The notes under the pieces: generated by a model
Told to the model about the DNA's origin: nothing
What the model saw: only the letters and a program-made list of their open reading frames with translations
Database searches by the model: none
IMG/VR virus record: IMGVR_UViG_3300014968_000012
Coordinates: 23,250 to 87,249 of that record
Direction: 5' to 3' (one strand)
DNA length: 64,000 nucleotides
Source: a virus
Lineage: Duplodnaviria > Caudoviricetes
In this document: piece after piece, positions 44,501 to 54,146 of the stretch
Layout of the letters: every line of letters begins with the position of its first letter
How positions within the stretch are numbered: position 1 is the stretch's first letter
Position numbers and translations under genes: made by a program

Positions 44501-45084
44501 CCACACCGCCCGCCGCCACGCTCCACCCCAACGTCCACGACGCCCCGATCCCGGGCGTGCCCGGTCTTCGGGCGCTGGACCCGATGGCCGTGAACCTCGC
44601 GGCCGCCGACTTCCTGGAGGACGTCGCGGTCCAGCTCGCCGCCGGATCCGACGGCGTGAACGGGAACATGTTGCTGGCCGGCTACCACACCGCCGACGCC
44701 ATCGCCGCGCACGGGCTACCGCCGGGCCGCTCCACGGAGGACGTCGTCCTGGCGCAAGCCTGGTACGGCCTGACCATCGCCACACACCGCGTGCCCGAAC
44801 CCGACGCCATGCCCATGTCCGTGTTCGAACTCACCGACCCGGCGAACCAGGAAGCGGCGCTGATGGTGATCATCTTCGCCATCGCCGAAATGCGACTGTG
44901 CCCGGACCCCACCGCCGATGAGGACCCCGCCGCGGTGTTCGCCGCCGCGCTGCAATCCGGCCAGGTCTTCGCCGCCCTGGGCGAGCGCCTGTTGTCCGCC
45001 GTCGCCGACTCCCCGGCGTTCCCCGCCGAAGTCCTGGCCGCCCTGGACGCCGCCGGCCAGGCCGCCGAAAGCGGCGCCCGGTGA
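44497..45084 (+). CDS. Hypothetical protein
   Basis: ATGA overlap. Confidence 0.7.
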   Translation: MTTPPAATLHPNVHDAPIPGVPGLRALDPMAVNLAAADFLEDVAVQLAAGSDGVNGNMLLAGYHTADAIAAHGLPPGRSTEDVVLAQAWYGLTIATHRVPEPDAMPMSVFELTDPANQEAALMVIIFAIAEMRLCPDPTADEDPAAVFAAALQSGQVFAALGERLLSAVADSPAFPAEVLAALDAAGQAAESGAR

Positions 45085-45761
45085 CCGAAGACACCTCGGG
45101 CATCCCCGATTCGCCCGTGGACCTCGTGGAGGCCGCCGCCCGGATCATCGCCGAGTACCCGAGCGCGATCGTCCGCAACGGCCTCCCCACCGTGACCGAG
45201 ATCAGGGCCGCCATGCGCGTGCTTCAGATCCCGCTGTACTCCCGGCTTGAGGCCTTCCTGTCGGGGATGGACGACGAGCGCCAGCGCACCGTCCTGTTGG
45301 CCGTCCTGAACGCGTACGTCACCGGGTACGGCGCGCTCCAGGACGACACCGACCACCTGGACCGCACCGACCTGGCCGGCCTGATCCGGTCCGCAGAGTC
45401 CGAGATCAACACCGCCCCCGGCCAGGACAGCGGCAACCCACTGATCACGTTCGTGACCCTGGAATGGCGCCTGATGTGGGCCGGCTTCGTGGTCGAAGCG
45501 CTCGGGGACAGCGTCCAGCCCGGATCCCGGGAACAGACGCCGGTCCCGGCCCTGATCGCGATCCTTCGGGCGGCCCTGTTGCTCGTCATGGACTGGCGCG
45601 AGGCGACGGCCGTCATGCCCGACGCCGTCACGTCCGAGGGTGACACCAGCGTGACAATCCGCTCCCCACGGTCCTTCCAGGCCAAGGATGAGGTAGCGGC
45701 CGCCTTGAAGCACCTCAAGCGGCTGTTACCGACTCAGCCCCCGAAAGGACGTGCGACGTGA
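45081..45761 (+). CDS. Hypothetical protein
   Basis: GTGA overlap. Confidence 0.7.
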   Translation: MTEDTSGIPDSPVDLVEAAARIIAEYPSAIVRNGLPTVTEIRAAMRVLQIPLYSRLEAFLSGMDDERQRTVLLAVLNAYVTGYGALQDDTDHLDRTDLAGLIRSAESEINTAPGQDSGNPLITFVTLEWRLMWAGFVVEALGDSVQPGSREQTPVPALIAILRAALLLVMDWREATAVMPDAVTSEGDTSVTIRSPRSFQAKDEVAAALKHLKRLLPTQPPKGRAT

Positions 45762-47623
45762 CAGGCCAGTTCGACCCGCAACCTGACGCCCCGCTGCCCG
45801 GCATGGACGGCGCCGGCGACCCGGCGCCGACCATGGAAGCGATGGCCGCCGCCGGCGCCGCGTCGCTGGCACGGCACTACGCCGAGCGTGGCGTCTCGGC
45901 GCAGGGCTCGGCGCTCGGGGGGCGCTACCCGCAATCCGATGACGAGCCCGTACCCGACGGCTACGTGGAAGCCCGAGATCAGAGCGGGGACCGTGTGTTC
46001 CTGGAATGGGCCACGATCCCCGCGCCGCTCCAGTCCGCCTACGCCGCCGCCGGCTTCGGGCCGGCGGCGGCCGCCCCCGACGGGACGCCGTCGTTCACGT
46101 GCCCCGACTGCCACATGATGAGCATCAATCCCGGCGACGTCGCCAACGGCTATTGCGGGAACTGCAAGACGTTCCCCGCCGACCGGGCCGCCCGCGCCGA
46201 GCTCGCCAGCGCCCACCCGGACCGGGATATCAGCGCCGGCGCGGAAATCGGATGGCCGGCCCGGGGCGTGTCCCGTCTCCCCGCCGAGCTCGTCAGCATG
46301 CGTCACGCCCTGGCGGCCGCGCTCCCGTCCCAGGTGTTCGCCGAGATGTGGGACGAGACGGGCGGCTTCCCCGACGAGGTGGCCGCCGTCTACGCCAGGG
46401 CCCTGGTCTACCGCACCCCTGAGGAGATGGCCGCCCGGATCAAACTGCGGTGGGAAACCCGCTACGCCCCGGCGCTGGAGGTCCGGCGCCCGAGCTCGTG
46501 GGCGGCGATCCTGACCGACCTCGTGGCGCCCCCGCACTGTGCCGACCTGCGCTGCGAGAACGGCCGGCGCCAGGACACCGGCCAGGCATGCCACAACGTC
46601 AGCGGCGCCGGCATCGTGGCCAACACCGACCCGGCCGCGGCGGTGGACGCCGGCGACTTGGCGCTTCGGATGGAACGCATGGGAACCCCGACGGCCAGCG
46701 CCGATCCCCGCGTGGTCGCCGAGCGCGTCACCGTCAACCGGGCGTGGCTGGACACGGTCCTGGCCGGCAACGCCGAGATGCTGGGCCGGCTCGGCGCCGT
46801 CGATGAGATCACCGCGCACGCGCGCAAGACCCTGGACTGTGCCGAGTACGACCGGGACGCCGCCCAAGCCGAGATTGAGACGCTGCGGCGCGCGCTGACC
46901 GAGGCCATGGCCAAGCTCGGCATGATCCCCGACGACGTCCCCGACTACGTCCCGGCCGGCTTCGCCAACAACGGATGGGTCAGGGACATGACCGATTCCC
47001 TGGCGCGCGCCCGGGAGAGCGAAGCCGCGGCGAACGAGCGCGCCCGCCTGTTCGCCGCCGAGCTCGCCGCGCTCCAGACGGCCGGGGACGGCGAGTTCCC
47101 GGTGACGCTGCCCGTGAGCGACGAGGAAGCCGCCGCGCTCGGGCCGCACAACGCGTCCACGTTCGGGACCCGGGTCGCGGTCAACCTGACGTGGCTCCAC
47201 AACGTCAGGGCCCTGGTCTACCGGCTCACCGACGAGCGCGAGCACAGCGGCCGCCTGTTGCAGAGCCAAGGGGACCGGCTGACCGCCGTCTACCGGGAAC
47301 GTAGCCTGTGGGCCGCCATCGTCGTGGGCCTCGTCGGCGGCGGCCGCTGTGCCGTCGCGGACCCGGCGTGGCCGGGATGGCCCGGGATCTACGCCGACGC
47401 CCCCGGGGCGCCCGGCCAGATCTCGGCTCTGATCAGCCCGGAGGACGCCGTCCTGATGGCGCCGCTGCGGGCCCTGGAGACGAACCCGTGGGACGGCCAC
47501 GACCAGGCGCAGCGGAACGAGCGCCTGGTGGAGTGGGTGCGGTGGGCCGCCTCGTCCGGCCGGACGATGGTCCCGCTGAGCCCGCTTGACCACCGGATGC
47601 CGCCGGGCCTCACACACCCGTAG
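45758..47623 (+). CDS. Mosaic protein: Zn ribbon, Rep C-terminal-like domain, coiled coil, WDGH-motif domain
   Basis: FTCPDC...GYCGNC; RI..RW..RYA...P.C.D.RCE.G; C-terminal Y.ER...GQIS...WDGH. Confidence 0.75.
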   Translation: MTGQFDPQPDAPLPGMDGAGDPAPTMEAMAAAGAASLARHYAERGVSAQGSALGGRYPQSDDEPVPDGYVEARDQSGDRVFLEWATIPAPLQSAYAAAGFGPAAAAPDGTPSFTCPDCHMMSINPGDVANGYCGNCKTFPADRAARAELASAHPDRDISAGAEIGWPARGVSRLPAELVSMRHALAAALPSQVFAEMWDETGGFPDEVAAVYARALVYRTPEEMAARIKLRWETRYAPALEVRRPSSWAAILTDLVAPPHCADLRCENGRRQDTGQACHNVSGAGIVANTDPAAAVDAGDLALRMERMGTPTASADPRVVAERVTVNRAWLDTVLAGNAEMLGRLGAVDEITAHARKTLDCAEYDRDAAQAEIETLRRALTEAMAKLGMIPDDVPDYVPAGFANNGWVRDMTDSLARARESEAAANERARLFAAELAALQTAGDGEFPVTLPVSDEEAAALGPHNASTFGTRVAVNLTWLHNVRALVYRLTDEREHSGRLLQSQGDRLTAVYRERSLWAAIVVGLVGGGRCAVADPAWPGWPGIYADAPGAPGQISALISPEDAVLMAPLRALETNPWDGHDQAQRNERLVEWVRWAASSGRTMVPLSPLDHRMPPGLTHP

Positions 47624-47775
47624 GGATAACAGGCCTCGTGCGCTGTGCTCGAAAATCGGCACGGCGCCGGGTCCGCGCCCGGGGTGGCGGCTCCGCTCGC
47701 CGCACACCCCGGGCACCCAGGGCCACGGCCCCGGCGCAGTATCAACCACCTGACACACCGAAGGACCAGCCGCCA

Positions 47776-48951
47776 ATGTCCATGTATGACGACGAGTACG
47801 ACGACGAAGACCGGTACGACTTCGCCACCGGCGACGGATACGACGACGACCCCGACGGGTACGACGACAACCCCGACGACGCCACCGCCGCAGATGATCC
47901 CGACTGGCGCGACTTCCAAGACGACGGCGACGACAGCCCCGAGCCGCCGGACGGCTACTACCACGAGGAAGTCCCCCTGGACGGCCTCACCCTTGGGGAC
48001 ACCGTCGTGGGCGACGGCATCGGGGACCTGGACGGGCATTACTGCGAGGTGGTCCACCTCGTTTACGACGAGTCCGGCGCCGTCGTGGCGCTGTACCTGG
48101 AAGACCCCTGGCGCAACGTGCACGCCGTGGACATGGACGCGCTGTGGCTGGGCCTGCGCTTCCAGCACGACGACGAGCCCTGCGAGGTAACCGAGGTGAC
48201 CCAAGACCCCGACGGCGCGCGCCGGCTACACCTGCGAAGCACCGAAACCCCGGACCTCCCCGTCCCGTCCGTCCGCGCCGCGGACACGGCCGTCCCGATG
48301 GCCACCATCATGCGCGTGGACCCCTACGCGCCCGGGACATGGGCCCTGACCTGGATGCGCGTTGGGCGACAGGATGGACCTGTCACCGAACAGACTCCGG
48401 TTCCCACCCCGGACGACGGCTACATGGAGCGCTGCGAGTGGGGCGCCGCGTGGCACAGAGGACCGCAGTACGACCCGGACCGCCCCGAGCTCGGCACCGT
48501 CTACGTCGCCGAGTTCCACGCCCGGCTCTACGGCCCCAGTCCCAAGCTCGTGGCCGAGATCACCGCTGCGGCCGCCGGCGACCGGACGGACACCCTCGTC
48601 CTGACCGGCTGGGGACCGGTCCCGATGTGGTCGCCGTTCGGCGACTGGAAGGCCCACCCCCGGATCACCGTCCACATCACCCCGGCCGCCCACCTGACCG
48701 TCACCCACGAGCCCGGCGGCGCGCTCGGCGAGGCGCCCCCGCTGTCCACTCTCCTGATCAGCGTCCGCACGACCCTGGCCGACCGGGACCACGCCGACAC
48801 CGGCGCGATGGCCACCGGCCTGTTCCTGTCCGCCAGCAACGACCCCCAGCCGCCGCCGGCCGTCGCCGACGACCCCGACGACGTCTATCACCACGACCCG
48901 GTCCGCGTCATGGACCAGGCCGCCGCCGCCATCGGAAGGACCAAGCCGTGA
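47776..48951 (+). CDS. Hypothetical protein with a highly acidic N-terminus
   Basis: RBS AAGGA; the first ~65 aa are dominated by D/E/Y. Confidence 0.7.
   Translation: MSMYDDEYDDEDRYDFATGDGYDDDPDGYDDNPDDATAADDPDWRDFQDDGDDSPEPPDGYYHEEVPLDGLTLGDTVVGDGIGDLDGHYCEVVHLVYDESGAVVALYLEDPWRNVHAVDMDALWLGLRFQHDDEPCEVTEVTQDPDGARRLHLRSTETPDLPVPSVRAADTAVPMATIMRVDPYAPGTWALTWMRVGRQDGPVTEQTPVPTPDDGYMERCEWGAAWHRGPQYDPDRPELGTVYVAEFHARLYGPSPKLVAEITAAAAGDRTDTLVLTGWGPVPMWSPFGDWKAHPRITVHITPAAHLTVTHEPGGALGEAPPLSTLLISVRTTLADRDHADTGAMATGLFLSASNDPQPPPAVADDPDDVYHHDPVRVMDQAAAAIGRTKP
48366..48386. promoter_or_regulatory. Palindromic operator-like site, copy 8 (intragenic, one mismatch)
   Basis: GcGACAGG-atgga-CCTGTCAC. 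Confidence 0.55.
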
Positions 48952-49607
48952 CCGCCCCCGAGAACCACGCCGCCGAGCCCGAGACGACCGAGCCCGGCAC
49001 CGACGCCGCGCCGGCCATCGATGGCGCCGGCGCCGACGAGGCGGCCACCGCCGAAGAGCTCACCGCCGCCCAGCTCGCCGAAGACTTCGCCGCCGGCGTC
49101 GCCGCCCGCCGGGCCGACCACGCCGGCGACTTCGTCCAGAACGATTCTCCCGGAACGGGGGACCGGCCCGACGCGACCCCGGACGCTCTCGTGGGCGCTC
49201 TCGTCACCGCCGGCCCGGTCCCGATCGGCGACTACGTGGACCCCGCCTACACCGCCGGACGCAGCATGCTGCATTACCTCATCGTGTACGGCCGCGCGTA
49301 CGGCGTGGTCGGCCGGTCCCTGCGCGTCTGGGCCGGCCGCGCCCAAGACTGGGAAACGGCGCTGGAGGCGGCGGCCGCCGACTACTACGCCGAGCACGGG
49401 GAACCGCCGGTCCCCGAGGGCATGTCGCTTTGGTACGACCCCGAGACCCGAACCGGGTTCCTGCGCGTGTACGCCGCATACGTGCAACCCGAGCCGTTCG
49501 TCCGCGTCTCCGAGCACGCCGCCGACGCGCGCCAGATCGCGAACGGCATCGGCCCGGACGACCCCATGGCCGACGAGGCGCCGGCCGGGACGGGGGACCG
49601 ACTGTGA
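48948..49607 (+). CDS. Hypothetical protein
   Basis: GTGA overlap. Confidence 0.7.
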   Translation: MTAPENHAAEPETTEPGTDAAPAIDGAGADEAATAEELTAAQLAEDFAAGVAARRADHAGDFVQNDSPGTGDRPDATPDALVGALVTAGPVPIGDYVDPAYTAGRSMLHYLIVYGRAYGVVGRSLRVWAGRAQDWETALEAAAADYYAEHGEPPVPEGMSLWYDPETRTGFLRVYAAYVQPEPFVRVSEHAADARQIANGIGPDDPMADEAPAGTGDRL

Positions 49608-49822
49608 CCGCCGGCGCCCCGGCCCCCGAGCTCGTTGTCTCGGCGCGCGCCGCCCTGGCCACGTTCGGCGCCGAGTGCGTGAACGCCGCGCGCGCCCTGG
49701 CCGCCGGCCTGGCCACCGCCGCGGCCGGCGCCGCCGCCTACTGCGACGCCGTCACGGCCGGCCACGCCGCGGCGGTGGCCGCCCGCGTCCAGGCCCCGGC
49801 CCGGGAAGGCGACCGAGCATGA
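49604..49822 (+). CDS. Small Ala-rich hypothetical protein
   Basis: Overlaps both neighbours by 4 bp. Confidence 0.55.
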   Translation: MTAGAPAPELVVSARAALATFGAECVNAARALAAGLATAAAGAAAYCDAVTAGHAAAVAARVQAPAREGDRA

Positions 49823-50202
49823 GCGCGCCTCAGAGCCTCGTCCCCGGAGAGCCGGTCAAGACGGCTACGGACGTCATGGTGGCCGGGATCATCGCCGCCT
49901 TTTCCAACTGGCGCACCTCGCTGAACGAGGCCGTCCCCGCCGGCGACCCCGAGCAACTGGCGTCCGGCGCGCTCCAACAGTTCGCCGTCACCCTCACCCC
50001 GGACAACGTGGCGAAGTTGCTCGGCGCCACGACCGTGATCGCCGACCTGTTGCGGTACGCGAACCTCCCGAGCCGCACGACCGAGCCCATCGCCGAATCC
50101 CTGGTGCAACTGGGAACCCTGGTCCGGGAAACCCTCACGTTCGCCGGCTGGATCGCCCCCGACGCCCCCGCCGCCGGCCCGAGCCCGGAGACCCCACGAT
50201 GA
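49819..50202 (+). CDS. Hypothetical protein
   Basis: ATGA overlap. Confidence 0.65.
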   Translation: MSAPQSLVPGEPVKTATDVMVAGIIAAFSNWRTSLNEAVPAGDPEQLASGALQQFAVTLTPDNVAKLLGATTVIADLLRYANLPSRTTEPIAESLVQLGTLVRETLTFAGWIAPDAPAAGPSPETPR

Positions 50203-50798
50203 GCCCCGCGCGCGGAAGGCGTTGGGTGCTGGACGGGTACGAGGTGGAGTGTTGGGACCACTTCCAGCGCTGGTACACCCCGATCCGGGAACAGTGGCTC
50301 AAGCTCAGGGGCGCGCCGCCCATGAGCACCGGACACCTGATCCTGACTCGGGGGTTCGATGACACCGACCCGATCAGCGGCCACCACGCCGCGGCGGCCG
50401 CCATCGCGATGCAGTGCGGGCACGCCGACGCCCACCCGGGCCACAAGCTCGTGATCTCCCCGTGCCGAAGCGCCGTGATCGACGGTCAGCCGCGGCGGCG
50501 GTGTCAGCCCTACCGTCTGCCCGAGGACACCCGGTTCCCGGACGGCTACTACGTGGAGTGCATGAGCCATTTCGTGCCGCCGCGGACCCGGGCACTACGG
50601 GCCCTGACACTCGGGCTGATCCCGACACGCCCCACCGGCGACTCGCTCACGATCGCCCAGTTCAGCGGAACCGCCCCGGGGGTCAGCGGCGACGCGGCAC
50701 AAGCCGCCATCGACGCCGCCGGCGAGCACACCGGCAAGAACCCGAACCACCGTGTCCTGATTCGGCCCTACACGAACGACGACGAGGGGGAGGAATGA
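50199..50798 (+). CDS. Hypothetical protein
   Basis: ATGA overlap. Confidence 0.65.
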   Translation: MSPARGRRWVLDGYEVECWDHFQRWYTPIREQWLKLRGAPPMSTGHLILTRGFDDTDPISGHHAAAAAIAMQCGHADAHPGHKLVISPCRSAVIDGQPRRRCQPYRLPEDTRFPDGYYVECMSHFVPPRTRALRALTLGLIPTRPTGDSLTIAQFSGTAPGVSGDAAQAAIDAAGEHTGKNPNHRVLIRPYTNDDEGEE

Positions 50799-51355
50799 TC
50801 ACATACAGGGGAGGGGCCCCGAGCCCCGGGGAGCTCGGCACCGACGACGGCCCCGAGCACTGGGCCGGCGTCCTGTTGACGCTGAACCGGCGCACACCCG
50901 GCCGCGTGGTGTACCTCCACGACGGCGCCGAACGCGTGCACTCGATAAGCGGCCGGTTCCCCCGGCCACTGTGGGCGCGCGTCACCGAACCCGGGGCACT
51001 CGTCCAGGTCGGCCGGCTGGACCGCGTGTGGGTGGCACCGATGAACCCGCCGGACCCGGACAAGCTCGCGCTGTACGGCGAGGGAACCGCCACCGGCGCG
51101 GCCGCCGCGGCGCTTCGCCGTCACCCGCTGGCGGTCCGGGCCGACGTGTCCGGCGCCGTCAAGATGGCCCGCAGCGCCACCGACGGCACGACCGAGATAC
51201 TGGTGACGGCGTGGCGGGTGTGCGGCGTGGAGATCGGCGCCCTGGACCCGAACCCGATGCGCCCCATCCTGGTGACGCGTATCTGGCGGATAGACCCGGC
51301 CCGCACCATCACCGACGGCAACGGAACGGACACCACCGCGGCGGCGGCGTCGTGA
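50795..51355 (+). CDS. Hypothetical protein
   Basis: ATGA overlap; RBS GGAGG. Confidence 0.65.
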   Translation: MITYRGGAPSPGELGTDDGPEHWAGVLLTLNRRTPGRVVYLHDGAERVHSISGRFPRPLWARVTEPGALVQVGRLDRVWVAPMNPPDPDKLALYGEGTATGAAAAALRRHPLAVRADVSGAVKMARSATDGTTEILVTAWRVCGVEIGALDPNPMRPILVTRIWRIDPARTITDGNGTDTTAAAAS

Positions 51356-51816
51356 CCCTGACCAAAGCCAAGCGGCCCGGCGCGGATCCGTGCACCTTCT
51401 GTCCCTACCGCCTGGACGTCCCGGCCGGCGTCTGGTCCCCGGACGAGTACGCCAAGCTCTTGCCGTACGACGGCGAGACGTGGCAACAGCCGGTCGCGCT
51501 CTTCCTGTGCCACGACCGGGAGCGCGCCGGCCGCGTGTGCTCGGGCTGGGCCGGGTGCCACGACGGGGACGAGCTCATGGCCCTGCGCGTCGCGGCCGCC
51601 GAAGGTTCCATGACGCCCGAGGACATCGCCGCAACGCGCGACTACGTGAGCCCGGTCCCGCTGTTCCCGTCGGCGCGCGCCGCCGTGGACCACGGCCTGT
51701 CCGGCGTCGCCGACCCGTCGCCGGAAGCCGTCGCCGCCGCGCTCAAGATCGTGGGCGGCCGCGAGCGCCGGCGGGCCCTGCGCGCGCGGCGCGAGCGGGA
51801 AGGGAAGACGCGGTGA
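51352..51816 (+). CDS. DUF6283-like Cys-rich protein
   Basis: PC..CPYR.DVP.GVW...EY.KL..YD..T..QP...F.CH...C.GW..CH. Confidence 0.7.
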   Translation: MTLTKAKRPGADPCTFCPYRLDVPAGVWSPDEYAKLLPYDGETWQQPVALFLCHDRERAGRVCSGWAGCHDGDELMALRVAAAEGSMTPEDIAATRDYVSPVPLFPSARAAVDHGLSGVADPSPEAVAAALKIVGGRERRRALRARREREGKTR

Positions 51817-52262
51817 GTCTGTGCGACGACGGCCCGGACGTCCCGTTCGTGGGGGTCCTGGCGTGCCTGAACACCGTCACCACGGACGGCCGACTGATCC
51901 GGCACCCTCGCGGCGCGTCGGTGGCGCACTACCCGTTCCCGGTCCCGCTGATGTACTCGGACGACCCCGACGCGTTCAGCCTGGCCAACGTGTCGCACAC
52001 CGGCGAGGTTCGGACCCTGGACGCGGTGGACCGGCTTTCCCTGTGGGGAACCGGCGTGCTGTGCCCGGCGCTCGCCGAGATCATCAGGGCTCACGAGTCC
52101 CTGTCGGTCAGCGTGGTGATGGACGATCTCCGGTACGTGCCCCGGCGCTCACGCCGCGGCGACGTCCTGGACGTGGCCGAGTCCTGGACGGTCGCCGGCG
52201 TCCGCGTCCACCCGCCGGGCCACCGGGGCGCGTTCCCCGGTGCGGCCGTCATCCTGGCGTGA
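51813..52262 (+). CDS. Stand-alone paralog of the prohead protease domain
   Basis: GVLA.L...T.DGR.I, PVP.MY.D, LWG.G, SVSV..DD, W......AFP.A align with 2100-2525 of the head fusion protein. Confidence 0.6.
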   Translation: MSLCDDGPDVPFVGVLACLNTVTTDGRLIRHPRGASVAHYPFPVPLMYSDDPDAFSLANVSHTGEVRTLDAVDRLSLWGTGVLCPALAEIIRAHESLSVSVVMDDLRYVPRRSRRGDVLDVAESWTVAGVRVHPPGHRGAFPGAAVILA

Positions 52263-52389
52263 GCGCGAGGGGTCCCGCCGGCGCGACGTCGCCGACGGGA
52301 CCCCCGTCGCCGGTGACATTCCCTGGCACATCGCCGGTGACATCCTGAAACGCACATCGCACGATGCTGCGTAGAGTAGCGTCGGCCCT

Positions 52390-52728
52390 ATGGGAAACCT
52401 CATGAATGCCGACGACGCCCCGACGTCGCGCATGGACGGCGCCGGCTTCGTCGCCGTCCCGCTGTGGGTGCTGCGCTCGGGGATCTCAAGCCACGCGTTC
52501 AAGCTGTACGCGCACATCGCGGCCATGACGCCGCCGGTGCCGCCTATCCCGGGCGTGATGGTGCTCCAATCCGATCTCGCGACCTTCCTCGGACTGGCCA
52601 ACGGGGTGGCGGCCCGGCGGTACGTGGACGAGCTCGTGGCCGCCGGCATGCTCGTTGTGGAAGAGGTCCGCACCCACGACGGCATGCGGCGCCGGAACCG
52701 CTACAGCGTGGTGCGGGACAAGCCGTGA
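52390..52728 (+). CDS. wHTH protein, paralog of the Rep N-terminal domain
   Basis: FVAVPLWVL..GIS..AFKLYA...LA..LGL......RYVDELVAAG......RNRY. Confidence 0.75.
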   Translation: MGNLMNADDAPTSRMDGAGFVAVPLWVLRSGISSHAFKLYAHIAAMTPPVPPIPGVMVLQSDLATFLGLANGVAARRYVDELVAAGMLVVEEVRTHDGMRRRNRYSVVRDKP

Positions 52729-53093
52729 CCGACCACCACGAGACGACCCCGGAGGACGTCGCCGAGATGCAGCGCTGGCCCGCCGGCCGCAAGCTACTGG
52801 CGGCCCGTGACGCGCTGATCCACACGCACGCCATCGCGCCGGAAGACGTCCGGCTCACCCACGTTCCTGCGGCGCCGCCGGCATCCATCACGGCGAGCGC
52901 CGTCGGTATCAGCGTGCGCCGAGACGGCGTGTGGTGCTCCCTGGAGTGGGACCAGGCGGCTTTCGTCTGGAACCTTCGTCGCGGGACGCTGGACGTCGGC
53001 CGGGTCCCCGCTTCGACGCCGTTCCTGTTCGGCGACAGTGACGCCGACCTCGTCTATGGCGGCAAGGTGGCATCACTTCTGGCCGGGGGGTGA
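52725..53093 (+). CDS. Hypothetical protein
   Basis: GTGA overlap. Confidence 0.65.
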   Translation: MTDHHETTPEDVAEMQRWPAGRKLLAARDALIHTHAIAPEDVRLTHVPAAPPASITASAVGISVRRDGVWCSLEWDQAAFVWNLRRGTLDVGRVPASTPFLFGDSDADLVYGGKVASLLAGG

Positions 53094-53100
53094 CCGCGCG

Positions 53101-53436
53101 ATGACCGACGCCGACACGGCCCCCGCGCTGGCCGCCGAGCCCGAGCCGGTGGCCATGGCGATGCGAAGCGGCATCGTGCACAACGTGCGCGAGCGCGACG
53201 GCCTCATGTTCCACGTCTTCCGTCCGGATCCCTCCACCATGGCGGCGTGCTCGGGGTGGCTTCTGGACGATCTCTTCGTTCTGCCTCCCGACGAGGTCCC
53301 GTACTCGCGCCGGTGCCAGCGGCCGGCGTGCCGGTCGAAGTGGGAAGCCGCGCTGAAGCCGCCAGCGGGGAACGGGGGCGGGCCGGCGGCGGCCTCGAAC
53401 CTTTCCGGCGCGGTGTGCGGACCGCTCGAACCCTGA
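53101..53436 (+). CDS. Hypothetical Zn-binding protein
   Basis: H...ACSG...RCQRPAC. Confidence 0.6.
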   Translation: MTDADTAPALAAEPEPVAMAMRSGIVHNVRERDGLMFHVFRPDPSTMAACSGWLLDDLFVLPPDEVPYSRRCQRPACRSKWEAALKPPAGNGGGPAAASNLSGAVCGPLEP

Positions 53437-53502
53437 GGCGGCCGCCGCCTTTGGGTCACCCGACGGCCACTCTACCCACGGCGCCCCCGGGCCGCCCCGC
53501 CA

Positions 53503-53565
53503 TTGACAGTGTCGAAACCGGCACAGTAACGTTTTCGGCGAAAGCACGCCGCCAAGCGAGAGGAC
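53503..53565 (+). promoter_or_regulatory. Conserved promoter-leader cassette
   Basis: TTGACA(53503-08)-N18-TAACGT; CACGCCGCCAAGCGAGAGGACC. Confidence 0.88.
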
Positions 53566-53575
53566 CACACGCACG

Positions 53576-53884
53576 ATGACCGACGCCAAGACCACCGCCC
53601 CCGAGCCGCCGGCCGCCGACGAGAACCGCCGCGTCCTGGTCATCACGGGCCCGGACGGCGAGGGGACGCAGTACCAGGACGCGACACAGATCAGCTTCAG
53701 CACGGCCGGCGACGGCCGCGCCGTCATGGCGATCTCGTTCGGCCGGCCCGACGTCGGCGTGGACATGCACCTGGTGGTGGCACTGACGCAAGAGACGCTG
53801 GACGCCGTCCTGACCGACGGCCGCGAGTACCACGACCGTGCGAACGGCCGCGGCCGCTGGAAGGGGATCAACCCCGAGCGGTAG
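53576..53884 (+). CDS. Hypothetical protein (cassette gene)
   Basis: Downstream of a cassette. Confidence 0.7.
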   Translation: MTDAKTTAPEPPAADENRRVLVITGPDGEGTQYQDATQISFSTAGDGRAVMAISFGRPDVGVDMHLVVALTQETLDAVLTDGREYHDRANGRGRWKGINPER

Positions 53885-53955
53885 CCGTACGCTGGGCACA
53901 GGACGGACCACGTTCTTGCCCAGTGCGACCACACGAAGGCTTGGAGTGAAGTCCA

Positions 53956-54078
53956 GGAAGCCCCCCGGCGTGGAAACCGGGGGGCTTCCGCCGTTCCCGG
54001 GCCCGAGCGCCGGCGCGCGCCGGCCAGCGCCGGACAGAGAGAAGCCCCCCTGGTCTCCCACGAACCAGGGGGGCTTCT
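53956..54078. terminator. Two tandem GAAGCCCCCC...GGGGGGCTTC hairpins between convergent units
   Basis: ggaagccccccgg/ccggggggcttcc and gaagcccccctgg/ccagggggcttc. Confidence 0.65.
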
Positions 54079-54146
54079 GTGCAGACGAACAGCGCCCGGA
54101 CGAAGCGCTGGTCTGGACCGGATCGTAACGGCCGCGCGCGCCGGGA

